NCBI GenBank assembly: GCA_025558095.1
Contig: JAIVFI010000022.1
Location: forward strand, 1-64,000
From: Hyaloraphidium curvatum SAG 235-1
Lineage: Eukaryota; Fungi; Monoblepharomycota
DNA length: 64,000 nt
Direction of reading: 5' to 3'
Part shown: one piece after another, positions 9,791 to 21,423 of the stretch
How positions within the stretch are numbered: the stretch's first letter is position 1
How the letters are laid out: each line of letters starts with the position of its first letter
Notes under the pieces: model-generated
What the model saw: the letters and a program-made list of their open reading frames with translations, nothing else
What the model was told of the DNA's origin: nothing
Database searches by the model: none
Position numbers and translations under genes: made by a program

Positions 9791-11229
9791 GCGTCGCCGC
9801 GTCGTCACCGCCGCGAGTTCGTGGTCCGGCTTCAGAAAGGCAGGCGGCCGACCGCGTGCCGTTGACCGGCAGTCGGTGCGGTGGCGCAGCCCGCAACACA
9901 GTGGAGCGCGCTGGCGATGGGAGGGGGCAGCAGCGTGAGGGGGCGAAGTAAACAGACCTCGGGGGCGAAGCGATCGCACTCACTCTTGCCCTGAGAGTGC
10001 TCCCACCATGTTGTAGCTGCATTCACTCGGACCTACAACACGACAATCATCCATCTAGGGTCCCGGCCGATCCAACGGCGTGAAGTGGCGGGAGGGATGA
10101 CTCGTCGTGTCCCCAAAACTCTCCGCAACTATCGTGGCGCTCTTTGGCTGCACGCACTGCTCCGAGCATCGGAACGGGGGCGGCGACTTCAAACCACCTA
10201 CATGCGTGTACTGGCGAAATAGAGGCAACGGTTACCGAGAAAAGGTCGTCCGGAGGACACGTCACAAGTTTTGGTGCATGAAAGCCACCGCTCCAGCCCA
10301 CCACCCTGCCCGAGAACCGGACCGGGCGTTCCTTTCCGGAGTCGCTCTCGGCGGGGAACGGCGGCTGCCGAGGGTGACGACGCGCGGGAAGGCGATGGCG
10401 GGCGGTGCGGCGGCGGGCGGCGCGGGCGCCCGGGGCACTGCGCGCTGCTTCGTGGCGACGGCGGGCGCGGCGAGGCGGGCTGCTAGTGCGTCGGAAGGGT
10501 GCGGAAGATGCGGCGGCCGGGCCGGGAGGAGGGTGACTAAGAGCATGGCCGACCCCTCGTGTGATGCGGTTGAGCGACTAGGCCAATCGGACTTGCCGCC
10601 GGGCCGAAAGCCACTCCGACGCGTCCGTGTGGCTTCCGTGCGTGGACTCCGTGACCGCACGGCAGCGACCGCCCGCCATTGCTGTCCGTTCTCATCACAC
10701 CATTTTGCCTTGTGGATATGTCCGTACTCGCATTCTTGGCGCACTTTCGAGGAGCTCGCCTCCATTGCCGCCAAGGTCGTCCGTGATGCAGATGGTCCTC
10801 GAGGGAACCGAAGTCACAGAGAACCGCCAGCACACCCCGCGGAATGCGAGGACGCTTCCCGACGCCTAGATCGGGTTCAGGTTGAAGTCGCTGTAGTTTG
10901 AATCTGAGGGGCTGGCTCTAAATCTGCACTTCGCGCAGTTTTGGTCCCCCTCGGGCTCTCCAGCCCCGATGTCCGGATTGCGCGGCGCGCCGGCCGAGCC
11001 GCCGCGGCGGTCTCGATGGCGCGGCCCGGAACAGCCGATCCCTGGGCAACGGACCCGCGCCTCCCCTTCTTCCCGCTGGCCTCGGCGGCCCTCCTCTCAC
11101 ACCGCCGGAGCCGTGCCCCACATGCTCGGCATCGTACGGATCGCTGCCGTCGCGCTGGGCTGCCGCGTGCTGCCGCCCTTTCTTTCCTAGGGCGGCACGG
11201 CGGCGGTGGGAGGCGTATCCCGCCGCGTG

Positions 11230-11945
11230 CACCCCCTCTCGTCCCTCTCCGGCGGCCCCAGCCCGCTCGCCGCCGTCGACTCGCCGCCCTCGACCGCCTA
11301 TTCCCCCTCTCCTTCTCCTCCTCTCCCGTCCTCACCCCGCAAGCTCCTCCTCACCGGCGTGGACCCGCAGAGTGGCGCACGGCCTGCACGCCCTCCGACC
11401 CGCGAGCACGCCGCGCGAGTACTCGGACGCCCTCGACGCGCTGCCGCCCGAGCCAAAGGGGCGGTAGAACCTGGCAACACGTGCTGCCGAGCGTGCCGCC
11501 AGCGGGGTGCCCCTCTACGAGCGCAACGCCGCCGCCGAAGGGCCGCCCACCAAGAGCCTGCTGCGCAAGGAGGCCATGGCATTCGCGCTCGGCGCCTTCC
11601 ACCGCGGGCACCCGCTCCCCGCCGGCGACCCCACCCGGCTCGCGGCCCTCGGCCGCCTCTTCACCCTCCTCGCCGCCTCCCCGGTCCTCACCCTGCGCGA
11701 GTTCGGCGAAATCCAGCCGGCGTGGATCCGCAGCAGGACGCGGCCGACTTCATGATGCTGCTCTTGGACCTGGACCAGGTCGAGACGGATGCCCCGGCCG
11801 CGGGGAAGCAGCTCGGCGCGGGGTACCCCACCCGCTGCGGCACTTCAAGGGGCACGCGGTAACGGCGATGCGCTGCGAGGGCGGGTGCGGGGGAACGTCG
11901 AACCACGTCGAGGAGTTCAAGGACCTGTCGCTGCCGTTCCGGGTC
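11230..11945 (+). pseudogene. Second, disrupted USP (C19) fragment; inverted copy of 9283-9640
   Basis: Near-identical GAGTACTCGGACGCCCT..CCGCCCGAGCC block, Cys box broken by a stop and deletions, then QQDAADFMMLLLD and RCEGGCGGTSNHVEEFKDLSL. An extra partial duplicate lies at ~11260-11370. Confidence 0.75.
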
Positions 11946-12244
11946 GGGGAGCGCCCGCGCACGCCGCCCATGCCGATCCCCGACCCCGGGCGAGTTCTGG
12001 GACAGGGTTCCTCCCGCGGCAGATGCCCCGGGGTCGCCGCCCGGGGGTGGGGGGGAGAGGGAGCCAAATGCGAGCCGCCGTGGGAGGTGCACGAGATCCA
12101 CCTCGAGGGCGGGGACAAGAGCGACGGCAACGCGACGGAGCTGGGCACTGAGGGCGGGCTGCTTGCCGAGGAGGGCGCCAAGGCGGCGTGGAAAGGCCGG
12201 TCGGAGAGGACGGAGGCGGGGGAATTACGACGAAGGAGGGGTCA

Positions 12245-12326
12245 GACGGGAGCGGCGCGGCGGTGGGCTGGAGCGACGCGGCGCGGCGGTGGACGGGAGC
12301 GACGCGGCGCGGCGGTGGACGGGAGC
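12245..12326 (+). repeat. 26-bp tandem repeat (2 perfect + 1 degenerate unit)
   Basis: GACGCGGCGCGGCGGTGGACGGGAGC at 12275-12300 and 12301-12326. Confidence 0.8.
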
Positions 12327-12747
12327 TACGCGGGTGGGGACGGATTCCCGAACGCAGGTTCTAAACCCGCGCTCTGCGCCGTCCTGCGCCGTCCTGCACC
12401 GTCGCTCCGACCCCGATCGTGGCCCGCAGCCTGCCTTAACGGAGCCGGGAGACACTCTATGTGGGTTAGACCGTCGGGGCGCCGGACCTGCCTGCTGCAG
12501 GAGCGAGGTTGTCGCGCGGCTGCTCGTTGTCCTCGCGGCGGGGGCCTGCTTTGCGGCGACGTGGTGGATGGCCTGCTGATCTTTGTTGCTGTACGCCCTC
12601 CACCAGTCCCATTGGATCCAGTGACGGGGCGGAGAGCTGCCTGAGCCCAGCTCGTCATTACAGGGGAAAGCCCTCTTCCAACGTCTTCTACTCGCTCAAC
12701 CTCCGCAGTCAGCTACACGCTCGCGTCTTCGAATCGCCCTAGTTCAG

Positions 12748-13575
12748 ATGCTTCCCTTCGTTGCGTTCGTGGCCGGTCTCGTCGTCGTGGCCGTCGTCTC
12801 CTGGTTCGGCTACCGCCACCTGGCGGTCAGGCGACGTCGCGTTGCGCCTTCCGGCCGCCGCATCGAAGCATTTACGGATGCCGACGGATTTTCTTACCTC
12901 GGGGGCCGTGCCGCGGGCGGGACGCAGTCCGCTCCCGCGTTCTTCGGAGGCGGACCTCGGCCGCCTGCCCGTCGCCGCGCACCGGCCCGCGCCGATGCCG
13001 GTCTCCTCGGCGCCCTGGGACCCGCCCCGCTTGTTCCGCCTGCTCCCGCGCCTCCGCCGTTGGATGTGGCGCCGCCGCCGCCGCCGGTTCCTCAGGCCCA
13101 GCACGACGCCCCGCACCCGGCCCCCGCCGCTGCTGTCCCGCCGGGCGCCGTGGAAAACCCGGACCTCGTCGTCGATGTTCAATACCCTCCTTTTCCCGTC
13201 GTTGATCTACAACCTGCGAGGGCCGCGCAGCCGCCGCAGCCGGTGGTTGACCTCGCTTGGTTAGCCCAGCTTCTGCAGGCCCCTGCTGCTCCGGATGCCG
13301 GAGGGTATGCGCAGCCAGCGCAGGTCGTTCTGGATTTCGACAATCTATTCCTCGGATTGGAGCCCGGTCACCCGATGTTCCCCCCGAACGACCAGATCAA
13401 CGACGACCCCAACCTCGGGATGCTACCCGGGGCGCTCCCGAACGCCGTCGCCGGCATTCATCCGATGGGAGCCCCCATGGTTGCGCACTACGAAGCGGAT
13501 GCGGAAGGCGACTTTGCGGATGCCGTCCAAGGCCGCGATCGCCCTCTTTTGCCGTACACAGGTCGCAAATGGTAA
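12748..13575 (+). CDS. Hypothetical protein with N-terminal membrane anchor and Pro-rich tail
   Basis: MLPFVAFVAGLVVVAVVSWFGY followed by RRRR. A possible GTAAGC donor at the stop suggests a further exon. Confidence 0.45.
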   Translation: MLPFVAFVAGLVVVAVVSWFGYRHLAVRRRRVAPSGRRIEAFTDADGFSYLGGRAAGGTQSAPAFFGGGPRPPARRRAPARADAGLLGALGPAPLVPPAPAPPPLDVAPPPPPVPQAQHDAPHPAPAAAVPPGAVENPDLVVDVQYPPFPVVDLQPARAAQPPQPVVDLAWLAQLLQAPAAPDAGGYAQPAQVVLDFDNLFLGLEPGHPMFPPNDQINDDPNLGMLPGALPNAVAGIHPMGAPMVAHYEADAEGDFADAVQGRDRPLLPYTGRKW

Positions 13576-14279
13576 GCGTGGAGGTACTTCCCAGACAGGC
13601 TCGACTGACCACTCGTAAAGTAACCACTGCTACGCCACCAACGCCCCGTGCAGCACAACACGGCCGTGCGCAACGTGCATTCGTCTCAACGTGGCCTGCA
13701 TCCCTCCGACGCCAGAGACGCTGAGCAAAAAGCGAAAGCAGACTCGGGAAAATCAGCAGAAGAGACGCAGGGGCTAGGCGCAGTTCGGATAGTTCAGAGT
13801 AGAGTGCTGTGAGAGTGCACAGAGAGCAAGTAGATCGCATCGGATGCTTCAGCGGAAGCGCGTCTCCAGCGCGGAATCCACGTGGGGAAGCGCCAGGCCG
13901 CCGAGGCGCGCGACGTCCATGGCGCGCCCACAGGCTCTGAATCCCCGCAGGCTCCGATTGTAGACTCTTTAGAATGTCATTCGTTCGCTTCGACGTCATT
14001 GGTGGTCGTTTGAGTCTGGGAGGCGCAGCAGCTCTTGGGTGGGCACCCCCGGTCGTCGCCCCTCAAGGACCTGCGCATGACGACGGAAGGGCGACGTGCG
14101 GCGAGCCCGAGAGCGGGAGAGAACACAGCGCAGTCGGCCACTCCCGCCGCACGACGCAGGGGGCCCTGAGAGGCGGCGGCGCCGGCTGTCCCCTGCCCAT
14201 CATGGCTTCGCTCGAGCGCCGCGGGGCGGAGATGCGCGAATCGTTCCCGGAAGAAAAGGTACAGGTAGAGGAGCATCGC

Positions 14280-15100
14280 AGCCGGTGACGGCGGCCCGCG
14301 GGGCGGTGAGCGGGGCGGCCTTCGCGCGGGGCGGTACGATCGGGGGTCGGCGAGGGCAGAATCGGAACGGCGCGCGATCGCGTCGCGGTGCAGCGCCACC
14401 TGGCCCGCGAGGTCCATCAGCGCGTCACGGCAGCAGGCGTCGATCGGGCGGGACTAGTCGCAGCCGTCGAGGCCGGCGCGGTTCCGGAGGAGGAGGGAGG
14501 CGAGGCGGCGAGCGCGATGGCGACGCCGCGAGAGATAGGCGGTCGGAGACTTCGGAGACGGCCTGCTCGGACGGTGCCCGCGGCCGCGGCGTCAAAGAGG
14601 AAGGCCAGCAGCACGTTGAGCGTGCCGATGGTGATGATGCGCGAGGCCGGGATGCGGGCCGACGCCCAGGTGCTCACGGCGCCCGTGGCGCCTACGATGG
14701 CGATGCAGAGGAGGTCGGGGAAGCCGGCGCAGGCGCCGCGGGCGTCGCGCAGGAGGCGGCCGGCGGCGAGGTCCGCGGCGTGGGCGCGCAGCCACAGGGG
14801 CAAGGCGACTGCGAACAGCCCGAAGGGGCTCATTGCCGCGCGGCTTCTTGCCCAAAAGGCGGGTCGGCCGACACGTCCTTGCTGCGGTCCTCCGTCGACC
14901 AGCAGCGCGAGGAAAGTGCCCGTAGGGGTCCATTGTCGATCCCGGTCCCGGTCCCGGTCCCTTCGCGGTTGAGAGCAGGACGACGCTTACGACACCGCGA
15001 AGGGCTGCGAGTCCAGATAGAAGACACCGGCACGGCCCACAGCGCCAAGGTCGCCGCCGGCGCGGCCTCGGCCCCCGGCGCCCAGCAGGCGCGTCGTGAA
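14280..15100 (-). pseudogene. Degenerate multi-pass membrane (transporter-like) gene
   Basis: Hydrophobic segments in several frames (FPDLLCIAIVGATG, IITIGTLNVLLAFLF, MLLYLYLFF); paralog of 7500-7915. Confidence 0.45.
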
Positions 15101-15639
15101 GAGCTACAACATGAGGGAGAGGCGGCGGCCGAGCGAGCGCGTCGCGTGCCCTTCCCACTCCCGCACCACCTCCTCCGACTCGTACGAACTCGCCAGTGGG
15201 TCGCCTCCGATCTGCCGCGGCGCGAGGCGGGTTCGGGGTGCGGAAAGCGAGCAAGATGGTCGGGCGGAGGGTTCCGCCTGTCCAACGCGGCCCGGAGCGC
15301 TGCCTAACCCGCCCGAAGGTGAGCGGACGTGGCGAGCTCCCCGAGCAGAGAGCAAAGGCAACTTGATGGCGCGTTGCGTTGCGTGCTCAGACCCTGCGCG
15401 GTGGGCCCTGATCGGTTTTCACATCGAAAGCAAATCAAACTCCCGCTTTCGGCGGATCCAAACCCCACATTGCGGGCGCCGGATGCCGATAAAACCCGCC
15501 ATCGTATCTGTTTCTGGTCTTTCCGGATGATGTCCGGGGATTTCGGCAAGAATACTATTCACCGGCTGAGCTGCAGCCGTGCGCCCGCAACGACTGGCAG
15601 GGACTAGATTTTAAGGCGGGCGTGCAAAGGACCCGACCA

Positions 15640-16434
15640 TGTGCGCTATGATATCTTCAAGGGGCGTATTTCGCTGCACGGGGGCTCGATTTACCCTTGC
15701 GACCCTGCTAATGACGGTGCATCCGGTCCGGACCGATCAGGAGGCCGGATTCTTCTACGCCGGCGTCACCCGCCTCGCATTCGTGTTACCTTCGGTTGCA
15801 TCAACTCGCTCACGCACTACCTCGGCGAGGCCACCTACACGGACCGCCTCACCCGTCGCAACCACTTCCTGACCGCCCTGGTGACCGGAGGCAAGGGCTA
15901 CCACAACTTCCCACGAGGTCCCGCACGACTACCCCAACGCGATACGTTGGTGGCATCACGATCCGACCAAGTGGCTCATCCGGGGCGCCGCGGCGCTCGG
16001 CCTGGCGCGTGGGCTCGCTCCGGTCGATGCCGGCGGCTGCGATCCGGAAGGGCGAACTGTTGCAGTTGGAAAGGGAGCTGGCGAAGCAGAAGGCGCAGCT
16101 GAACTACGGAACCGGCAAGGACGAGCTCTTATCGTGGACGTGGCGAGTGTGGGTTCGCTTCGAACGTTGCAGTAATGGCCGCATCGGCTCACCAACGCCT
16201 CTCGCATCCAGTCCAGGCACGGCACATCGAAGGTCGCAAGCTCGTCTGCATCTCATCTACGACGTTGCGGACGTCCTCCAGCACCACTCCGGCGGCTGCC
16301 ACCTCCTCAAGCTCAACGTCGGCCGCGACGCCACGGCGTTGTTCAACGGCGGGGTTTACTTCCACGGCCAGGAGGCGAGGCACCTGTGGCAGTCGCGAGG
16401 GTGCATCCGCCGGTGGGGCCTGATGTGGAGCTGA
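15640..16434 (+). pseudogene. OLE1: Delta-9 fatty-acid desaturase / cytochrome b5 fusion (OLE1-like) pseudogene, 3' part
   Basis: CINSLTHYLG, TALVTGGKGYHNF, DYPNAIRWWHHDPTKWLI, YDVADVLQHHSGG..GRDATALFNGGVYFH spread over three frames; third His box and HPGG are degraded. Confidence 0.8.
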
Positions 16435-18032
16435 TTCGGACGGGAAGCCGACGTCCGCTTGATGGCGGCCTTGAAAGCTTAGATCTTGGCTTGGGGCCGA
16501 CTTCTTGAGGAGTACGAGCTATTAGACATAGTAGCATTTCTCGGCACCGATCCCGTAGACTGACCATCCGTGTGGGGGTCACATCGGAGCTCAAGGCGAA
16601 GCTGGAGATGCGGACGCGTCGTCCGTCCCGTTTCCTTCTCCTCAGTCTGCCCCACCTCCCGCCCCTCCCGCCATGCTGGCGACCACGTCGGCCCGCGCCA
16701 ACAGCGCCGCTCCCCCAGCCACGCCGAACCTCGATGCCCCGCTGCCGGTTTCCCCCGGCCGGGCGGCGGCCCTCCTCGCCCGCATTTACCTCCCCCCGAC
16801 TCCCCTCTTCGGCGCCAAGCGCCCGACCGCCGCCTCGTCGTGGTGAGATGGTGGAGGCCGAGCAGGAACGGGTGCGCAACGCCGGGGGCCGCCCGTGCTG
16901 GCCGAGTTTGCGCCGTCGGACCGGGCCGCGGGGCTGCTGGCCGTGGCCACCGCGAATGCGATTATGGTGCTCAAGCGGGATCTTGAGGCGGAGGCGAGGG
17001 CCGAGCAGCCGGGCTCGACGGCGGCGAAGAGTTGCGTTCTTCGTCCGCACGCGTCGGTGACGGGGGTGACGCGTCCTTCACTCCAGCAAGTGGAAGTACG
17101 CGCTCACCAAGGCGTATCAGGCCGGGGGGCACGCCCCGAAACGCGCTGGGACGAGTGGGGTGGACAGGTCGACGCCGAGCCTAGGTGGGTTCTCCTCGGT
17201 CTCGCTCCGCTCGGGATTCTGTCGGCTCGCCCTCTTTCGGCCAGCTGCACGGTCGGCTACGCCTCGTCGGACCTCACCTTCCACCACAGCGAGACGAGCC
17301 GCACGGTTTCGCTGCTGAGAGGCCCCGTGACGGCACTGGCCATCTCGCACGCGCCGGGAACGGTGGAGCACATCAGGTGCCGTCGAGACGCGGGCGTCCT
17401 CTCCATCTTCCTCTTCACCACCACCTCCGCTCCTCCCCACCTCCTCACGTGGCACCGCCTCTCCTCCCCCGCCCTCGCTCTCTCTCGTTCCACTCGCAGC
17501 GCCGGCACCTCCTTCTCTGCAGGTGCGGTGACGGTCGCCTTTTCCCCACCACGGCCCGCTCTCGGTGTGCCACCCCGCCGACTCGCTCTTCAGCCTCCCG
17601 GTGGTGCTCGCCATCCTCGGCTGGCAGAAAGTGGGCGAGGACGGGGAGGGGACGTGATTCATGGTGGCCGGGGACAGGGTCGGCGGCCCGTTGGGTACGC
17701 GAGGCTCGTGGCCGACGCGGACCCGAGGCGGCGGAGGGGGACGATGTGGCGCTGGAGATCGAGGCGGCGACGCCCGAGCTGGGGCCGGGGGAGATCCGGA
17801 CGTCGCTCAACTGGGGAGATCCGGAAGTCGCTCAACTCGGGTAGCGGGAGCGCAGAGATCTCGACGCGGCCTCGGCGCCGTTCTTGCAGCTCGGTCACGC
17901 GGCACAGGGGAGCCCATATGTACCGTCAAACAGCAGCAATTCGATATGGCCCTTGCAATTTCAGGACGTGGAAGGTGATGGAATTGTGAGTGGCTTTTGC
18001 CACCGCTGACGACCACCATCTGGCGAGCCACG

Positions 18033-18977
18033 ATGAACACTCTGGGCGGCGGCGACGGGGCGCCGGGGCCCTCCCACCTCCGAAACTGGGGCTGCGTTCA
18101 GTGCCGGGAGCGCGAGCGGCGGGGGGGCAAGGGAGTGCCCTGCGATGGCCAGAGGCCCTGCCAGCGGTGCTTCCTCCTTGGCGAGGCGGACTTGTGTCGG
18201 GACGAGGAGGAGCCTCCCGCCGGCCCCCATGACGGTGCTACCTCGGCGGCTATGGTACACGCCGACGCGGAGGACGGGCCCGACGCCGACGAAGAGGACG
18301 GGCCCGACGTGGAGGACGGGCCCGACATGGAGGACGGGCCCGACGCCGACATGGAGGACAACAACGCGGACGCCCTCTTCGCCCCGGCCCCCGACGCGGG
18401 CGGCGCGTGCTGGGCGTGCGATCGAACCGATGTTGAACTTAAACCTAGTTACCGGCGCCCGGACCCGGCCAAATTCCCGGAAACCGCCAAGCGCCTTTGT
18501 TATGGCTGTGTGAAGGGCTTCGACTCGATCTTTACTTCGCAGCCGCCCGATCTTCGCGAGCGTCGGAGTTGCCAGTCGGTGCTCGATCTTCTCCGCCGTC
18601 ATCGTCACGTCACGACCGGAGGGCGTGGCGGAATTCGGGCCGTACTGGCGAACCAGTTCCGCTGCCACGACCACATGGTTCGCGGCGACCGCCGGACTCT
18701 GGCAGAGCTGAGGCAGTCCAAACAGCACTTCGTCTCGTATTTCGCGTACTGGGATCAGGAAACGGGCGAGGCGGTTCTGATCCTCGTCCGCTACAAGTGC
18801 GGCAGGTCCCGTACGGATCTTGACCACCGAAACTTATGGTTGAAGGCGAAGAAGAAGGCCTTGCTCAACGCGAGTGTCGCGCAGAATGCCGCTGACATCG
18901 ACCCGACCTTCTATCCCCCCGATCTCGTCCAGGTACGTTTCGAGGAAGGTGCACACCCGCCTCAGGGCATTTCCTGA
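18033..18977 (+). CDS. Orphan zinc-finger protein: Zn(II)2Cys6-like cluster, acidic repeats and a C4 finger
   Basis: C-x2-C-x12-C-x5-C-x2-C-x8-C (CVQC...CDGQRPCQRC...C), EDGPD repeats, CWAC-x26-CYGC. Confidence 0.6.
   Translation: MNTLGGGDGAPGPSHLRNWGCVQCRERERRGGKGVPCDGQRPCQRCFLLGEADLCRDEEEPPAGPHDGATSAAMVHADAEDGPDADEEDGPDVEDGPDMEDGPDADMEDNNADALFAPAPDAGGACWACDRTDVELKPSYRRPDPAKFPETAKRLCYGCVKGFDSIFTSQPPDLRERRSCQSVLDLLRRHRHVTTGGRGGIRAVLANQFRCHDHMVRGDRRTLAELRQSKQHFVSYFAYWDQETGEAVLILVRYKCGRSRTDLDHRNLWLKAKKKALLNASVAQNAADIDPTFYPPDLVQVRFEEGAHPPQGIS
18270..18359 (+). repeat. Coding minisatellite GAGGACGGGCCCGAC (EDGPD) x4 plus a partial unit
   Basis: Direct reading of the sequence. Confidence 0.8.
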
Positions 18978-20456
18978 CAGAATCCCCAGATGCCAGTTCC
19001 CCGACACGCTGCGTCCGACCTCCCCCATGCGCTCGAGGTCGCTACCGCCGTAGAGCAAGTCAGCGTCGCCGATGTCGTGGCGTGTCCTCCCGCCGTGACA
19101 CTGAGTCCCCGGGAGGCGGTGCTGGCTGCACTCGGGACGGCGCTCGGGGCTGCGCTAGGATGCGTTGTGTGGCTTTTGTCCTGCCTCTTTCAGCTTTTGG
19201 AGATTGTTCGGGCCCGATTGCTGGGGAACTAGAGGATCGGGTTCGCAGATCGATCGTCCGGTCCCTCTCCACCCTCGTCCGACCCCTCGTCGGCCCTCCG
19301 CGCCGCCTGCCCGAGCGCGTGTCCAAAAGGGGGCTCCACCCGCTGGGCGCGCCGCGACGAAAAGGGCCGGCGCGAGGGGCCACGACGCCGCCGCGAGGAT
19401 GCTGGAGGGGTGGGCCGGGAGCAGGCCGAGCCCCCGCGGCCTGCCCCGCGGCACCCGAGCCCCCGCCGACCGCTCGGACCTCGCCGCCGCCCACCCCGCC
19501 GGGGACTCGATCCCCCCTCCTGCCACGTGCAGCTCCCCACCCTCTTGTCGGAGCTCCCCCGCTCGACGCCGTGCTCTCGCGGTGCTCGGCGTTCGAGCGG
19601 GCGGGTGGGGAGGAGGAGGGTGGCGCTGGCGGAGAGGTTCGCCTCGCTGCAGCACGACGCTGTGGCCGCGGCCTACGCCGGCGAGGTGCGGGCGCTGGAG
19701 GAGGCCCGCGGGAAGCTGGAGGAGACGGAGCATGCGAGGGCGGAGCTCGAGGGGGTGAGGGCGAAGCAGGTGGAGTTAGATGGGCCCCTCGGGCTTCCCA
19801 GATCCGCGGCCGAGGGCGTACTTGCTGCCTGCGGGGAGGCCGAGCGCACGTTGGCCTCCCGCGCGGCGGGGATGGACGCCGAGGCGGCAGTCAACAAACG
19901 CCAGCTGGCCAGCGCGGAGCGCACTGCGGTGCTCGCGGGGGCGCTGATGACCCGCGCGGCGTAGGAGGTGGCTGCGCTGGGGGACGACGGGGCGGCGTCG
20001 GGGAGGGAGCTGGCGGCCGCGGAAGCAAGGACGCGGGGTACCTGAGGGAGCGGGTCGGCACCCTTCACCCGTGATGGGCACCCTGCTGACCTCAGTATCT
20101 CGGTCCGTGCGTTATCTGCGGACAATTCGCCCCGACCTACGCTCTGCCGACCTCATAGACCCGCCTGTCTCGAGCACCTCCGCTTTCACGGCATGCAGCT
20201 CCTAGCCCGCCTCTCGCCCCTCAATACCCCGCGACCGAACCCAACTCCGCCCTCGATCTCCTTACATTGTTCGCTCTCGTTTCGGCGCGGCCGAAGGCAG
20301 CGGACTAGCTCGGCTGCCGACCAGCTTGGATGCGCCGGACCGACATCGGAAGCGGAGGCGGCCAGGGGAGCTGCGAAGAGGCCGGTTAAGCGGGACTGAT
20401 CTGGATGCTCCAGCAGGGGAAGATGCGGCGCAAAAGAAATGTAGTTCTGCCAAAGT

Positions 20457-21347
20457 CTACTCTTCCATCAAGTCGTGCCGCGCATCCCCTCGGACATCCT
20501 CGGGCTGGTCCTGCTCGCGTCCGGTTTCCTCTTCGGGTTGTACTATGGCCTCCTGCAGCTGCTGCTCCCGGTGCTCTCGCATCTCGGCAATCTCAGGAAA
20601 TGCGAAGCGAGTGACGGCGCCTCCTACTCTCCCCGCAGCGTGCAAAAGGGTGCTCCCGACAGCTGCCGACGCTTCTTGGATGGTGGCCGACGGCTGTCTC
20701 CACAGTTTCTCAGCAACTCGCGCCATTGACTCCATCAAGCCAGAGGACTGCGGCGCCTTAGCGGCGAACTTGAGCGCGAGGCCGTACGCCTGTGCGTTCT
20801 TGAGCTGCGTGACCACGTCCGCCGCCGACCGCGGGTCCGACAGGTCGCGCCCGTGAAGCAACCACACGACCTCCCGCGCGTCGGGGTCGAGATTCTCCGG
20901 ATGGGTGCGAGCGAGAGCCCTCTGGTTGAGCAGGATGGGTGCGGCGACGTTGCGGACCGGCGCCAGCTCGGCATTGCTTCCGACAGACGCGCCAGCAGCG
21001 CCCAGCTCCGTCTCGACACTGCCCTCGGCGGGGTCTTGCTCGTCGCCGCCACCGCCGTCGGCCTCCGCTTCGACAGGAAGGGGTTGGAGCTGGTGCTTGC
21101 CCAACAAGAGCGGGCCGACGACGAGCCGCTTGGCGGCTTCCTCCTCGACCGACTCCTCGTTCCGCCCGCCTTTGACACGCGTCGGAGGAAAGAAGGTGAC
21201 GCTGGCGGCCGATGGCCCGGCCTGCGCGGTGCCGCTTTGGAGATTGCGCGCGACGGGGCCAGAATCCGGCGCTGCAGCCGTTCTTTTGGGCCCGGGAGTG
21301 AGCCCAGTGTTTCCTTCGTGGGCCCTTTTGCCCTCGCCGCCCTCCAT
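20457..21347 (-). CDS. Orphan protein (~296 aa), divergent from the retroelement and outside the putative TSD
   Basis: ORF from ATG 21347 (MEGGEGKR...) with a helical-looking core (EVVWLLHGRDL..LKNAQAYGLALKF) and an acidic tail. Confidence 0.5.
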   Translation of the reverse strand: MEGGEGKRAHEGNTGLTPGPKRTAAAPDSGPVARNLQSGTAQAGPSAASVTFFPPTRVKGGRNEESVEEEAAKRLVVGPLLLGKHQLQPLPVEAEADGGGGDEQDPAEGSVETELGAAGASVGSNAELAPVRNVAAPILLNQRALARTHPENLDPDAREVVWLLHGRDLSDPRSAADVVTQLKNAQAYGLALKFAAKAPQSSGLMESMARVAEKLWRQPSATIQEASAAVGSTLLHAAGRVGGAVTRFAFPEIAEMREHREQQLQEAIVQPEEETGREQDQPEDVRGDARHDLMEE

Positions 21348-21395
21348 CGATGCGGATGAGCGACGGGAAGGGGCACCGGCTCTGAGATGCCGCTT

Positions 21396-21406
21396 GCCAC
21401 GTACCC
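21396..21406 (+). repeat. Putative target-site duplication, left (GCCACGTACCC)
   Basis: Identical 11-mer at 28353-28363; ends 17 nt before the ORF1 ATG. Confidence 0.65.
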
Positions 21407-21423
21407 TTACATGGTACGAGAGT

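Noticed and set aside
12245-12326. CRISPR-like array (also 18270-18359)
   Set aside because: Head-to-tail repeats without unique spacers, no cas genes, eukaryotic context.
19400-20100. Coiled-coil-like coding stretch
   Set aside because: In-frame stop, no clear start or family; too weak to call.
20457-21347. L1-like antisense ORF0 belonging to the retroelement
   Set aside because: Lies outside the putative TSD, so treated as a flanking gene; revisit if the TSD fails.
20905-21423. 5' extension of ORF1 to 885 aa
   Set aside because: Non-ATG start, lies antisense to the 20457-21347 gene and crosses the putative TSD; ATG 21424 preferred.
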